Origin: Octopus sinensis
Lineage: Eukaryota
Direction of reading: 5' to 3'
Assembly: GCF_006345805.1 (NCBI RefSeq)
Contig: NW_021834020.1
Span: forward strand, 1 to 53,665
Length of the DNA stretch: 53,665 nt
The position numbers were made by a program, and so were the translations under genes. Of the stretch, positions 14,411 to 27,265 are shown one piece after another. The notes beneath the pieces were generated by a model that was given only the letters and a program-made list of their open reading frames with translations, did no database searches and was not told the origin of the DNA. Within the stretch, counting starts at the first letter, position 1. The number at the start of each line of letters is the position of its first letter.

Positions 14411-14994
14411 TAGTATTCAGTCAAGTCCCTCTACATTCTCTTTAGAATCCCACCGTGGCGGATATTGTAGTTCGTCTGTGTGTCTCGTATGTTGCTTACG
14501 TCCATAAAAGAAATCATTTTTAGACAAAGAGCTGTGAATGAGAGAATCAAGGAACCGCTCTCGAATTAAAATGCCACTATCTAATCTCTATTCGACTTTC
14601 ACTTTCGTTTTTAACGAAATGAGAAAACGAAGCTTAAATAACATCGAATCAATCTTATATCTTTGCTTAGGAAAAATCCTGATTTTCTACCAGTGTAAAA
14701 ATTGTTGTTTCAGATAATGAGTAATATTTAAGGATATAGAAGTTAGGATTCCTGGCTGTTATCCAGGCGCCACGGGATCCATTCCCGTCACAGGAATGGC
14801 ACTGATTTTAGGTGCAGGTGTTCCTGTACAATAAGAGATTTGCTTTCCAATCACATAGTTCCGGGTTCTGTCCCACTGCGTGGCACCAGCGCCAGGGGCA
14901 ATTTAGTTTTAATCTGAGCCGACAAAACACTTGTGAATGTATGTATGATTGACGAAAACTGAAAGAAACCAGTCTCAGACACACACGCGCACAC

Positions 14995-15082
<88 letters not shown>

Positions 15083-15083
15083 C

Positions 15084-15120
<37 letters not shown>

Positions 15121-15755
15121 TTATATGTCTGTCTGTCTGTCTGCCTATATGTCTGTTTGTCTGTCTCCCTGTATACGTTTATATATGTATGTGTGGTAAG
15201 TAGCTTGCCAAACAACCACATGATTCTGGGTTCAGTCCCACTGCGTGGCACCTTGGGCAAGTGTCTTCTGCTATAGCCCCGGGCCGACCAATGCCTTGTG
15301 AGTGGAGTTGGTAGACGGAAACTGAAAGAAGCCTGTCGTATATATGTATATATATATATATGTGTGTGTATATGTATTTGTGTGCCTGTGTTTGTCCCCC
15401 TAGCATTGCTTGACAACCGATGCTGATGTGTTTACGCCCCCGTCACTTAGCGGTTCGGCAAAAGAGATCGATAGAATAAGTACTGGACTTACAAAGAATA
15501 AATCCCGGAGTCGATTTGCTCGACTAAAGGCGGTGCTCCATCATGGCCGCAGTCAAATAACTGAAGCAAGTAAAAGAGTAAAAGAGAAAAGAGTAATATA
15601 TATATAGCTGTGTGGTGAGTAGCTTGCTTACCAACCACATAGTTCCGGGTTCATTCCCATTGCGTGGCACCTTGGGTAAGTATCTTCTACTATAGCGTCG
15701 GGCCGACAAATCCTCGTGAGTGGATTTGGTAGAAGAAAACTGAAAGAAGCCCGTC

Positions 15756-15801
<46 letters not shown>

Positions 15802-15966
15802 TTATATATATATATGTGGGTGTGTGTGTGTGGTGGTGTGTGTGTGTGTGTGTGCATGTGTATGTTTGTGTGTCTGTGTCTGTACCCCCAAAATCTCCTG
15901 CTTGAAACCCTATGCTGGTGTGTTTATGTCCCCGTAACCTAGCGGTTCGGCAAAAGATTCTGAAAG

Positions 15967-16013
<47 letters not shown>

Positions 16014-16033
16014 GGTGAGAAAGTTGGTGTGTG

Positions 16034-16074
<41 letters not shown>

Positions 16075-16202
16075 TACACATACATACATACACACATAAA
16101 CACGCACACAACTAAATGTACGGGGAACATAATCAGTACAGAAGAGTAATAAAGTAATTTGACTTCTTTGGAGCTACTACTACTACAGAAGACAGATATA
16201 TG

Positions 16203-16249
<47 letters not shown>

Positions 16250-16313
16250 ATATGTATAAGAAAGTAAAAAAGGAAAATACGCACACTTACATAGTTTTAA
16301 TATAATTTTTAAT

Positions 16314-16348
16314 ATATCGACCAGTTTCGCTATCGCTATTCATGATAT
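16314..16348 (-). ncRNA. Minimal hammerhead-like motif with A3:U8 core
   Basis: Minus strand: atatc-ATGAATA-gc gata gc-GAAA-ctgg-TC^gatat. Confidence 0.6.
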
Positions 16349-16827
16349 GTTTTCTGTATTTGAATTTTTATTTTTTCTTAAGAAGAAATTTTAGATAAAA
16401 GTTGGTTAAGCGTGCATATTTAGACGTGTTTTGTATTTTTCAATGAAAAATGTATTTTTAATTTAAACGATTTAGAATAAAGAAACTTTTTTCATTGAAA
16501 AATGCAAAACACGTCTTAATATGTACGCATAACCAACTTGCTCTGTCGTGGTCAATGTGACGATCCTACGCTACACACCTTCCTTCCAAGCACTGCGGTA
16601 AACAGCAGAAATGAGCTAGAACGCGAAAACTTAGCGCTCTTGCACAACAGAGTCCCAGGCCACTTTTTGCAAAGCAGTTTTACCCAGCATGCTTCAGTTT
16701 CATCCCTCTGATATACATACATAAAGACACACACAAATAAATGTACGGGGAAGATAATCGGTACAGAAGAGTAATAAAGTAATTTGACTTCTTTGGAGCT
16801 ACTACTACTACAGAAGACAGATATATG

Positions 16828-16876
<49 letters not shown>

Positions 16877-16940
16877 ATATGTATAAGAAAGTAAAAAAGG
16901 AAAATACGCACACTTACATAGTTTTAATATAATTTTTAAT

Positions 16941-16975
16941 ATATCGACCAGTTTCGCTATCGCTATTCATGATAT
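16941..16975 (-). ncRNA. Minimal hammerhead-like motif A3:U8, copy 2
   Basis: Identical to 16314-16348. Confidence 0.6.
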
Positions 16976-17661
16976 GTTTTCTGTATTTGAATTTTTATTT
17001 TTTCTTAAGAAGAAATTTTATGCATGATGTGAGTAATGAAATTCACGAGTGAATGACTTCACAAGTAGATATATAAAGGGAGGTAATTGATTGTCGTTAT
17101 TATTGTTATTGTTGTGAGTAAGGGAGATAACTTTTCAGCTTTCGGTAATGGGAGGGGAAATATGTATACGTGTACAGACACACACAATTTTCAAAAACCT
17201 TGTTTAGTAAGGGGATTTATGTACGGTAATGTAATCGTGAATTGAAATATGTAAAAAGATAAAAGTTAGTTAAGCGTGCATATTTAGACGTGTTTTGTAT
17301 TTTTCAATGAAAAAAGTATTTTTAATTTAAACGATTTAGAATAAATAAACTTTTTTCATTGAAAAATACAAAACACCTCTTAATATGTACGCATAACCAA
17401 CTTTCTCTGTCATGATCAATGCGACGATCACACGCTACACACCTTCCTTCCAAGCACTGCTGTAAACAGCAGAAATGATCTGGAACGTTAAAACATTAGC
17501 GCTCTTGCACAACAGAGTCCCAGGTCACTTTTTGCCAAGCAATTTTACCCAGCATGCTTCAGCTTATTCCCTTTCGGAACAATCGAGATACTGATTGATC
17601 AGACCTCGTATATATACATATATATATATATAATTATATATAATTAATATATATATATTAT

Positions 17662-17692
<31 letters not shown>

Positions 17693-17867
17693 ATATGTGT
17701 GTGTGTGTGTGTGTGTATGATTGTGTGTCTGTGTCTGTACCCGCAACATCGCCTGCTTGACAACCGATGCTGGTGTGTTAATGTCCCCGTAACCTAGCGG
17801 TTTGGCTAAAGATTCTGTAGAATATAATATATATATATATATATTATATATATATATATTTACATAT

Positions 17868-17898
<31 letters not shown>

Positions 17899-18016
17899 CA
17901 CACATACATACATAAACACACACACAAATAAATGTACAGGGAACATAATCGGTACAGAGGAGTAATAAAGTAATTTGACTTCTTTGGAGCTACTACTACA
18001 GAAGACAGATATATAT

Positions 18017-18093
<77 letters not shown>

Positions 18094-18148
18094 AGAAATT
18101 AAAAAAGGAAAATACGCACACTTACGTAGTTTTAATATAATTTTTAAT

Positions 18149-18183
18149 ATATCGACCAGTTTCGCTATCGCTATTCATGACAT
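18149..18183 (-). ncRNA. Minimal hammerhead-like motif A3:U8, copy 3
   Basis: Same core; stem I is atgtc/gatat (one G-U pair). Confidence 0.55.
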
Positions 18184-18900
18184 TATGTCTTCCTTTTTTG
18201 AATTCTTATTTTTTCTTAAGAAGAAATTTTGTCCATGATGTGAGTAATGAAATTCACGAGTGAATGATTTCACAAGTAGATATATAAAGGGAGGTAATTG
18301 GTTGTCGTTATTATTGCTATTTTTGTGAGTAAGGGAGATAACTGTTCAGCTTTCGGTAATGGAATGGGAAATATGTATACGTGTACAGACACACACAAGT
18401 TTCAAAAACCTTGTTTAGTAAGGGGATTTATGTACAGTGATGTAATCGTGAATTGAAATATGTGAAAAGATAAAAGTTGTTTAAGCGTGCATATTTAGAC
18501 GTGTTTTGTAATTTTCAATGAAAAAAGGTTCTTTATTTAAACGATTTAGAATAAAGAAACTTTTTTCATTGAAATATACAAAACACGTCTTAATATGTAC
18601 GCATAACCAACTTTCTCTCTCGTGGTCAATGCAGCGATCACACGCTACACACCTTCCTTCCAAGCACTGTGGTAAACCACAGAAATGAGCTAGAACGCTA
18701 AAACTTAGTGCGCTTGCACAACAGAGTCACTGGCCACTTTTTGCCAAGCAGTTTTACCCAGCATGCTTCAGCTTCATCCCTCTCGGAACAATCCGGATAC
18801 TTGTTGAACAGACCTCGTATATATATATACATATATGTATATAATTATATATAATTATATAATTATAAGTATATATATAAGTATATATATATATAAATAG

Positions 18901-18972
<72 letters not shown>

Positions 18973-19031
18973 GCCCACACATGAGGGGGCGTGTATTTAA
19001 ATATGTGTGTACAATGGTTTATCTTTCAGGA

Positions 19032-22000
19032 ATGGAAGCACCAATCCAATTTCGTTTGACTCTCATATTGCTGCCAGCTCTGACTCTTGTATTTTTTATG
19101 GCCCCGAGAACTGGATTATCAGCGAATACAAAAGTCCTTTTCGGAGAAATCTCTTCATCAAAATGCATATCTTCCCTGAATAACACATTTGAAAACACGG
19201 CGTCAGTTCAAGAATGTGCATTTTGGTGTATTTTAGAAAACCAGTGCCAATATTTTAGCTATTGTAATGGCTCATGTCATATGCATCAATCACTTTACGA
19301 CAAAGAAATTAAGGATTATGATTGCAAATGTTCATCATATATTTTGCTCTCTGGAAAAGGTATGTGAATCACAATTTTCTTATGTGCTTTTCTAATTTAA
19401 GCGTCATTAACACTATGTTTTACATACATACATACATACATACATAAGCGGCCCTTATCGGTGGCAGAAATCAGGTCGCAAACGGAAGATTTATACTGGA
19501 ATGAAGAGATTTCCTCCTTTATCAGATGAAGTAGATGATGATGATGATGATGATGATATTCTAGATAGCACGGAAGAAAATGATGGATCGATAAAGTGCA
19601 TCGATTTTTGTCCATTTCTTTATTTATTTGACAACTATGCGGGAATCTTAAATAAATTTACGATAATGCCGGACGCAAAGAAAAGGGACTCTTTTATGGC
19701 ACTCAAAAATAATGAGGTCGTCAAATTTACTGTACGAGAGACTAACAATTATTATAACCTTTGTACTTAATTAAGATGAAAATAAATATAAAATTTACTC
19801 TTACAAAAAAGAGTTTGCTTCGTTTTTTGCCTGTTTGTTAAACATATTCATGCAACACTTTCTTGCCCCTCAAGGGTTAATATATTGTCTGTACATTTTC
19901 ATGTAAATTATTGATTTCTATCTATTTACTGATACAGTTACAGAGTGGCAGAAAGTATTTGAGATGACCCCAAACTCATTCAAAAGAAGTCCTATTTATT
20001 TATACTGGGGCAAATTGCCCATTGAAAAGGTAATGAAGTTTCAAAATTCTCCTCATTTAATAAACAATCTCCATTTTGGTCTGTCCGCTATATTTTGGGG
20101 CATTTGGTTTTTCCCTTTTTTTCTGTCGATATTATAAGGGTGTATGACTTCAGTGCCCTTCGTATCGTCTATTTTGTTCTTGCAGTTTGCCTTTAGTAAC
20201 AAACAGGATCCAGTTTCGATACTCTGGCTTATTTTCATACACGTTATGGTTATAACTAGAAAAGGGGATTTAAGGGGGAGTTTGGAGAACGATAGAACCA
20301 CAGCAGATGTTGGATCGATGAGGAATACATATTTTGAAGTGGAATAACAAGGGGCTTTAACTGCTAAGATCGAAATAAGAATGGTGAGTGGTTATAAGTG
20401 TAGGAATATAGGGTTGAGTAGACATGAGGTGGAGAAAGAAGGGGAGAGATTATGAGAAGGTTCTGTGTCAGCGAGGAAAAACGTTTGTCTTGCATTTTAA
20501 AAGGAAGAGGTGGAAGGATGAAATTCACGAATATGTAGATGGGACAGTAAAAATACTTTTAATTCGAGACGAACTTCAGAAAAGCTACACTCTACCAGGG
20601 TCAAAAGAACTTGATGGACACACCTACACGCGTACCCCAGCATTTGGTCAGAAGCTACTGACCCTCTGGCATCCGCTTCACCTAAGAGTCTTGACCAAGG
20701 AAGAGGCGGATCGAAAGCCCCTTTCTTGAGATGATGTCACAACTCCTTTACTTCCGTTCCTGATATCTCTCTTCATTCCTCCACAGAACATCGATATGTC
20801 TTTGATGTGGGATCGATTCTTGCTGGTTTTGACTTTGTTTTATCCTGATTTTGTCAGGGTTTCTAGTTCCTGTAGATGCAACAAAACTTTTAGAAAGACT
20901 CCGAAATCATGACTCATTAGTTAGTAGTCTGATTCTCTGTCTCGTAAGTCAGCCACGTTTTACTCTTTAACCCAATCACTTTCTGTCTTAATTTTGCTCT
21001 TCTAACGCGACATAGCATCTCGTCTTCTCATTTTCCTTCCTTCTGTCTGTCTGTCTGTTTGTCTCTCCTCCTCTTCCTCCTATCTCTTGTCTTCTCTAGT
21101 CTTTTTCTCTTGCACTCAAAGTCTCACTCTTCCCCCCCCCACTGTTCTCTCCATCTCATTCTCGCCCTCCAACTCTCTCCTTATATCACATCCTAGTCTC
21201 CTTTCTCTTCCTACAACTCTGTCCTCCCTCATTCTCTGAGGTTCGTTACAAGTCCGAATTTACTTTCTATTTGCAGGTGGAGTTACGTTTGAAAAAAGCA
21301 TCATGTGATAAAGTAATCATTTTCAATGGAAAAGGGACGAATTCTATATCGTGGTTCCAGAAAGATAAAATCATTTCAAAACTGTGGTCTCAGGTTCCAC
21401 ACACCGTGACTTTCAATGCGAAGTATATATTATCTCTTCTTAACTCATAATTAACATCTTTAATTACTTAATAATTGTTCTTTTGAACACATTCACGGCG
21501 TATATATAAAAAGAAAGTTCACAGATATACTTTATATCTCATTGTTGTATAATATTATAATTCCATAATAATAATCCTTTCTCCCGTAGGCAGAACGTCT
21601 GATAGTTTGTTGGGAGCGGGGGAAGGGGTTGTCGATGGCATCGGTACCACTGTCAAAATGGTAATCATTTCAACGACCCATGAAATGGTGATAGGCAAAA
21701 TTGACCTCGGCGGAATTTGAAATCCGGATGTATAGACGGACAAAATACTGCTAAGCATTTTATCCGGCATGCTAAAGATTCTGCCAACTCGCCGCCTTAT
21801 AATAATGATAATGTTTTCGTTATGAAGCTTAAGGTTTGACAAAAAGATCGATGAGGGTACAATTGATTTTGTGTGGGATTACATTTAAAAAAACATGTAA
21901 ACATAGAAAATAACAAAAAATATAAGAAAAACAATTTATCAATTGTAATATATTAGTTTCAGTTACCCGAACTTTACCTTTGCGTATCAAATCTGGAAGA

Positions 22001-23006
22001 TAGAAGCCAAAAGAGAAAGTGGAGATAGTGAAGAGTACGATATTTCTAGCAAAACGGCGGACGGTAGTAAGTAAAACATCGCCTCTTGATTTCAGTGTAA
22101 TTGATTGTATAAATCTGTGTTGGCGTACGCGCATGCATGTGTGCGTGTGTGTGTGCGTATGTGTGTGCGTGTGTGTGTGCGTGCGTGCACAGGTCTGGTT
22201 TTCAAGAAGCATTGTCTCATAAACAAATCTTTTAAATAGTTTTTCTTTAAAGCCAAAACAATGCAAGTTGTACCAAAATATTAATAATACAAGTCAGTGG
22301 TTTTTACTCTTCTCTAGTATTTCAGTATTTCGGAGCAAGGAATCCTTCTTCGGCAAATTTATGGAGAAACGGTGCTGATAACTGTTTTCCCTGCTCTCTG
22401 GCGTGTGATTATGAAGAGTTGGTTTGTGTTGCTATACACTGAACCGCAAAAGAAACGAGACATGTGTGTGACTGTGAAATATGTTTTAATTTCTTTATGT
22501 CTGAGATCAATTTTGATACATCTGACAAACCTATCAATGGATTCAGTGATAGGTTGAATATTTTTTCAGTGTCTCAAAAGCATTACGGTGAAAAAGACAA
22601 AGACAGTTCGTGGATTGCTAGAAATCGGATCTGATACATCACCAACTCGCCTCACTCCTGCCTTTCCGTTTTCGGAAAACAGGTGCACAATTATTTGCGG
22701 AATGGTCAAATTAATTTCAATGACACAAAAACCTGAAATATTATCAATTTTATTTAGTGTTTTCAACGGTCAACTTAGAAACAAACTTTACTTTTTATAA
22801 GGATATATGTGTATGTATGTATGTATGTATGTATGTATGTATGTATGTATGTATGTATATATATGGTGGGGGGTGTTTGTGTGTGTGTGATGATCATCGA
22901 GAAATTTAGAGTTAATTTCATTAATTTCTAACAAATTTTTCATTATTTTTTTCCAGCTGTAATTGAAAGTTACGAAGCCATGGTCATCTCAGTGATTTTG
23001 AAGTAG
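19032..23006 (+). CDS. Gene A: spliced gene for a secreted 239-aa protein (signal peptide + PAN/Apple-like Cys domain + unnamed C-terminal domain); coding exons 19032-19359, 19938-20029, 21277-21422, 21963-22066, 22957-23006
   Basis: All introns are GT..AG with matching phases (1,0,2,1). The exons join to 720 nt of open frame ending in TAG. Protein: MEAPIQFRLTLILLPALTLVFF...ECAFWCILENQCQYFSYCNGSC...VTEWQKVF...IIFNGKGTNSISWFQKDKII...NYPNFTF...TVIESYEAMVISVILK*. Every exon has a counterpart in gene B. PAN-like call is from the CxxxCxxxxxCxxFxY..C spacing. Confidence 0.85.
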
Positions 23007-23037
23007 AATATATATTATTCCAGAAACTGCATATTCT

Positions 23038-23105
23038 TACATACATGCGCACATACATACATACATACATACATACATACATACATACATACATACATAA
23101 TAATG

Positions 23106-23146
<41 letters not shown>

Positions 23147-23310
23147 AATAATAATAATGATAATAATAATGATGATAATAATAATATAATAATAATAATG
23201 ATAATAATATAATGATGATATAATAATAATAATAATAATAATAAGATATAATAATAATAATGATAATAGTAATAATAATAATGATGATGATAATAATAAT
23301 AATGATAATT

Positions 23311-23341
<31 letters not shown>

Positions 23342-23397
23342 TAATAATAATAATAATAGTAATAATAAAAATTATTATTATTATTATTATTATTATT
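23038..23397. repeat. (CATA)n then (AAT)n microsatellite just 3' of the gene A stop; other microsatellites include (CTAT)n at 14995, 30471 and 41575, (CATA)n at 43937-44773 and 51135-51580, and many (TA)n tracts
   Basis: Direct reading. Confidence 0.95.
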
Positions 23398-23667
23398 AGA
23401 TAGCAGAACCTTTTTTCGCCCATATTCTACACGATCGTTGTTGTTGACACTACATTATCGGATTTGAATCGAAATATTTTGGTACATTGTAATACATGTA
23501 AGAAATCAAACACGTGACCCGTCCGTTGTAGCGTTTTTAACTGACCACAATGCTAACAATCTGGCACATTTTACAATATAAAAACCGGTGTTAAATTTTC
23601 TTTTTTCAGAGTTTATCTTTTTCATTAGCATATACCATTGTTCAGCTCGGAAATGCAAAATTTTTAT

Positions 23668-23705
<38 letters not shown>

Positions 23706-25079
23706 CATATATTCGCATCTTTTTTCCCTTCTTATGCTTAATATATTTTCTGAAATATTCTGTTGCACACAAAGACAAGTTTATGTATTTGCTTTCCCAA
23801 TGTAATATTCAAAGAGTGATTATTCTATGTTGTTTCTTTGCTGTTGTAATTTTTCCTCTGTGACTCAGTTATTTATTTTATTGTTGTTAAATAAAACATT
23901 TTTCATCTGAGAAAAAGACTCGTCTGTCATATTTCTGAAACAATTCTCTACTCTCTACCAACTACAACACACAACATTAATGTTAAAGGGGTGACTCCAC
24001 TGTAAGGAATCTTATTTAGAAACTGACCGAACCAACGATTAAAAGAACTTCTACAAACATTTTAAGATTAGTGATCTATACAACCATTCACCCAGACCCT
24101 CTCTCTCTGTGAGCTGGCTGAATCGTTAGCACGCCGGGAAAAATTCTTAGCGATATTTCATCTGTCACTAGGTTGTGAGTTCAAATTCCGCCGAGGTCGA
24201 CTTGGCCTTTTATTTTTTCGGGGTCAATTAAATAAGAGCCAGTTGAATATTGGGGTCAAAGTAATCGATTATCCCCATTCTCCCAAATTTCAGGCCTTGT
24301 GCCTATAGTAGAAAAAGATTATTATTATATAAAGGATAATGTAGCGAGCTGGTAGAATCGTTAGCACGCCATGCGAAATACTTAGCGGTATGTCGTCTGT
24401 CTTTACGTTGAGTTCAAATTCCGCCAATGTCGACTTTGCCTTTCATCCTTTCGGGGGATGGGTCAGTAAATTAATTATCAGTAGCGTACTAATCGACTGG
24501 GCCCCTCCCACAAAATTTCAGACGTTGTGCCTATCGTAGAAAGCATTATTATTATTATGAAGGTCCAGGCGGCGAGCTGGCAGAATTGTTAGCACGCCCG
24601 TCGAAATGTTTAGCTGTATTTCGCGCGTCGCTACGTTCTGAGTTCAAATTCCGCCGAGGTCAACTTTGATAATAATATTGATTAATTACATTGATACAGG
24701 ATTACATATTTGTGGGTAGGTAAGAGTCAATTATATCGATCCCTGTATATTTCATGGTATTTTATTTTGTAACTGTCCTTATTTAATCGACCCCGAAAGG
24801 ATGAAAGGCAAAGTCGACCTCGGCGGAATTTGGACTTAGAATGTAGCAGCAAGCGAAATACGGCTACGCATTTCGCCCAGCGTGCTAACGTTTCTGCCAG
24901 CTCGCCGCCATAAACGGAGTGGATATTAAATTACAACTGGATATGGTAGTGACATTTCAATCTTTAACACCTACACCTGGTAGAAAATAAAGAAACCTAT
25001 GTCAAGAAAAACAGCAAAAATTGCACGTGACAAACTACACTTTGTAGGGAAAAATAGCAAAATGGAATTCGTGGGTAAA

Positions 25080-25685
25080 GTATCAAAATGCGTTTGAAAA
25101 GATAAAAAAATACTAATTTCTGATTTGTCACCAGCGTATTTCGATCCTGAAATGGACATAGTCTAAGCTTCGATTGCTTCGGGTTATGGAATAGGAGCAG
25201 TCATGCTACACAAGTATAAAGAAGGAAATATGAAGCCAGTAGTTCAAGCTTCACGTTCGCTGGTAGTAGCGGAAGAAAGTATAGGGAGATAGAGAAGCAG
25301 GTTCTTTCGATTATTTTTGCGGTAAAAAAAATTTCACAAATTTCTACACGGTAGACATTTTTTGTTACAAATCGACCATCGACCGTTACTATCAATTTTG
25401 GGATTAAAAAAAATGATTGCCTACCCATACAGCGAACCGACAAGCAGGTTCTTTCAATTATTTTTGCGGTAAAAAAAATTTCACAAATTTCTACACTGTA
25501 GACATTTTTTGTTACAAATCAACCATCGACCATTACTATCAATTTTGGGATTAAAAAAATGATTGCCTACCCATACAGCGAACCGACTACAACGTTGGTA
25601 TACAATATTGCTGTATCGTAATTTTACGATGCATTATATTGCGTCGAAGAAAATTGGTTACGTGGACTGTTTATCACGTTTAAGT
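25080..25685 (+). mobile_element. Decayed Ty3/Gypsy RNase H fragment with a 147-bp internal tandem duplication
   Basis: ASGYGIGAVMLH..ASRSL..EIEKQVLSIIFAVKKFHKFLHGRHFLLQIDHRPLLSI..RLQRW..VDCLSRL, with stops and frameshifts; the copies start at 25295 and 25442. Confidence 0.9.
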
Positions 25686-26095
25686 GAGGAGTATATACGC
25701 CACAGAATCCGGGAAACGGGTTTTATATGCCTATGGCTAGGAAAAGGCCTTTCATCTTTTTCATATTCATATGTAGCCCCAGCATACACTGGGCTCAGAA
25801 TAAATTCTCGTACTCGCACACACATACGTTAACACTATATACACATACATACTAACGGATGTATACTGTGATCACCATATCCGCAGTAAATGTACGCATA
25901 TATCTGCATGTGCACATAAGCACTTTACACAGAGTTGCCTCCCCTCTTGCTCTTGTACGTTTCTTCTGGGTTGCTTCCCGTCATTCAACCTCGTCGTTTT
26001 CAGAATGACTTATCACAAACGCTTCCTCCTAAATTTACTCCTTCAGCTCAACTTTCTTTAATTTCACCTCCTTAATCCTTGAGTATTAAGCTAAC

Positions 26096-26738
26096 GGGAT
26101 CTTTTCCTTTGGAACGGCAGATGTCAACACAATTTCTAGTTAACTAAACACTTTTAAACTTCGTATACTGGTAGAATGTGTTTATAAAACATCTTTTTCT
26201 CTTGGTTTTATTGAGAAAATTCTATAGTTTGTAAGATATTTCGTCTGAAAATCCGAGCATTTCGGCAATATTAACCAATCGATTACCTCCATTCAACTAA
26301 AATCATTTGCTGCGTCTAAAGCTGAGACAACATCCTGTCACTAACCCTAAACCCCACCTAAACTGAACCCTAATTTTTTTTTTCTTCATTGTTAAATTAA
26401 TTTAATTCCATTGCTTTAGTTTTTTTACATGCGTAACAAATTAATTTAACAATTAAGAAAAAAAATTTAGGGTTAGGGTTAGGGGGGAGGTTTAGGGTTA
26501 GTTACAGGATGTTGTCTCAGTATTAGACGCAGCAAATGATTTTAGCTCAAAAGAGAGCGTAGGATTGGTTAAAATTCGAAAAATTAAGCTAGGTTAAACT
26601 TACAAATTACAATTTTCTCAAGAAAGCCAAGAGAAAAAAATGTTTTATTTTGACACATTCTACCAGTATACGAAGTTTAAAAGTGTTTAGTTAACTAGAA
26701 ATTGTGTTGACATGTGCCGTTCAAAAGGAAAAGATCCC
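26096..26738. mobile_element. Fold-back element with ~300-bp inverted arms and internal (TTAGGG)-like repeats
   Basis: GGGATCTTTTCC...GGAAAAGATCCC ends; related pieces at 31373-31462 and 35569-35920. Confidence 0.8.
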
Positions 26739-27037
26739 ATACGCTTCCTCCTAAATTTACTCCTTCAGCTCAAATTTATATAAATTCAATCCTTAATCCT
26801 TGAGTATTAAGCTAACAATTACAGCATGTTTTTGCTTCCGTATTTTTAGTATTGTAGTTGATGTTGTACCTGCGTCGATGTGTATGTGTTTAATGAGAAA
26901 TAAAACCCATCAATGCTTATGTCCCTTATATCTGGTCAGGTGAGTAATTTGAGAAACAGGAATGGATAAAATAAGTACCAGACAACACTGCCAACTCACA
27001 GAGAGGGAGAGAGATAGAGGGAGAGATATGTGTATAT

Positions 27038-27265
27038 AGGCGGCAAGCTGGCAGAACCGTTAGCACGCCGGGCGAAATGCGTAGCCGTATTTCGTCTGTC
27101 TTTACGTTCTGAGTTCAAATTCCGCCGAGGTCGACTTTGCCTTTCATCCTTTCGGGGTCGATTAAATAAGTAAGTTACGTGCTGGGGTCGATGTAATCGA
27201 CTTAATCCGTCTGTCTGTCATTGTTTGTCCTCTCTATGTTTAGCCCCTTGTGGGCAATAAAGAAA
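27038..27265 (+). mobile_element. tRNA-derived SINE family B (Meta-domain-like GCCTTTCATCCTTTCGGGGTCGAT); other copies at 24111-24330, 24343-24545, 24568-24670, 27405-27600 (+) and 10597-10810, 21690-21800, 24780-24909, 35920-36302, 37146-37562, 46155-46365 (-)
   Basis: AGCTGGCAGAA and GAGTTCAAATTCC boxes; many copies, some dimeric. Confidence 0.85.

Larger units (their letters stand above)
16100..18818. repeat. Three tandem composite units (starting ~16110, 16735, 17925), each with a Penelope-like 3' end/pLTR (-) and a mariner end (-)
   Basis: Repeated AAATGTAC.GGGAA..CTTTGGAGCTACTAC. Minus-strand RLNKEPFFIENYKTRLN (~18490-18545) resembles a GIY-YIG C-terminus and sits in a ~55-bp-arm fold-back. 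Confidence 0.75.

Noticed and set aside
18981-19031. ORF-track N-terminal extensions of genes A and B
   Set aside because: They run through a conserved TTTCAG acceptor, so the upstream codons are most likely intronic.
19501-19770. 89-aa acidic ORF in gene A intron 1
   Set aside because: The Asp run is a (GAT)n microsatellite, there is no recognisable domain, and the ORF track shows no equivalent ORF in gene B's intron.
22318-22442. Alternative last exon of gene A (IFQYFGARNP...VCVAIH*) after a strong acceptor
   Set aside because: In frame but without a coding counterpart in gene B, whereas 22957-23006 has one. It cannot be excluded as a minor isoform.
22570-22735. Possible exon with in-frame TGA (selenocysteine idea)
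   Set aside because: Not conserved in gene B, not needed for the model, and no SECIS recognised.
24111-24909. tRNA genes or a CRISPR-like array
   Set aside because: Clustered SINE copies with A/B boxes; no cloverleaf and no repeat-spacer regularity.
26340-26500. Telomere or chromosome-fusion site
   Set aside because: Only a few degenerate TTAGGG units, inside a dispersed repeat family.
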